Of a stretch of DNA of 13,702 nt, positions 13,675 through 13,702 are shown piece by piece. The stretch is from an archaeon. Its GTDB lineage: Archaea > Iainarchaeota > Iainarchaeia > Iainarchaeales > CSSED10-239. Below the pieces are notes generated by a model that saw only the letters and a program-made list of their open reading frames with translations, ran no database searches and was not told the origin of the DNA. The position numbers and the translations under genes were made by a program. Position 1 is the first letter of the stretch; every line of letters starts with the position of its first letter. Location: the NCBI GenBank assembly GCA_041677685.1, contig JBAYPN010000019.1, positions 1 to 13,702 on the forward strand, given 5' to 3'.

Positions 13675-13702
13675 GAATATTCACCTTTTTATTTTTTATA
13701 AA

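Noticed and set aside
1-13702. Alternative genetic code, mobile elements, tRNA/rRNA genes
   Set aside because: All conserved genes translate without in-frame stops under the standard code; the antiporter's premature stop is accounted for by the 1-nt frameshift. No integrase or transposase-like ORFs or terminal inverted repeats were seen. There are no GC-rich structured islands of the kind tRNA or rRNA genes form in AT-rich genomes.

Overview
This is an AT-rich archaeal chromosomal segment. A DPANN-like, reduced-genome source is my inference from gene content and compact genes, not something I could test. All recognisable genes but one lie on the minus strand. Read in the direction of transcription (high to low coordinates), the window has four parts. 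(1) 13674-8493 holds a compact, nearly complete archaeal exosome/proteasome superoperon: proteasome alpha, SBDS, Rrp4, Rrp41, Rrp42, ribosomal protein eL43 (L37Ae), RNA polymerase subunit P (a small ORF missing from the supplied track), a Brix-domain protein, Pcc1 and prefoldin beta. (2) 8492-7159 is a short accessory-looking stretch. It holds a Cys-rich membrane-anchored hypothetical protein, a 33-bp tandem repeat in a convergent intergenic region, and the only plus-strand gene, a small protein with a resolvase-like HTH. (3) 7073-5435 is a Kef/CPA2 cation:proton antiporter with a C-terminal RCK domain, split into two ORFs by a 1-nt frameshift in a 7-nt homopolymer. (4) 5338-1 holds a form II/III-type RuBisCO large subunit followed closely by an archaeal-type NMP (cytidylate-like) kinase, then sufC-sufB-sufD, with sufD running off the window. 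I found no rRNA, tRNA, CRISPR array, integrase or transposase. I do not see a convincing new multi-gene system. The items most worth follow-up are the RuBisCO plus kinase pair, the frameshifted antiporter, and the small islet at 7159-8492 (HTH protein, tandem repeats, Cys-rich surface protein). Several ORF-track starts use TTG or GTG and I revised them using Shine-Dalgarno positions.
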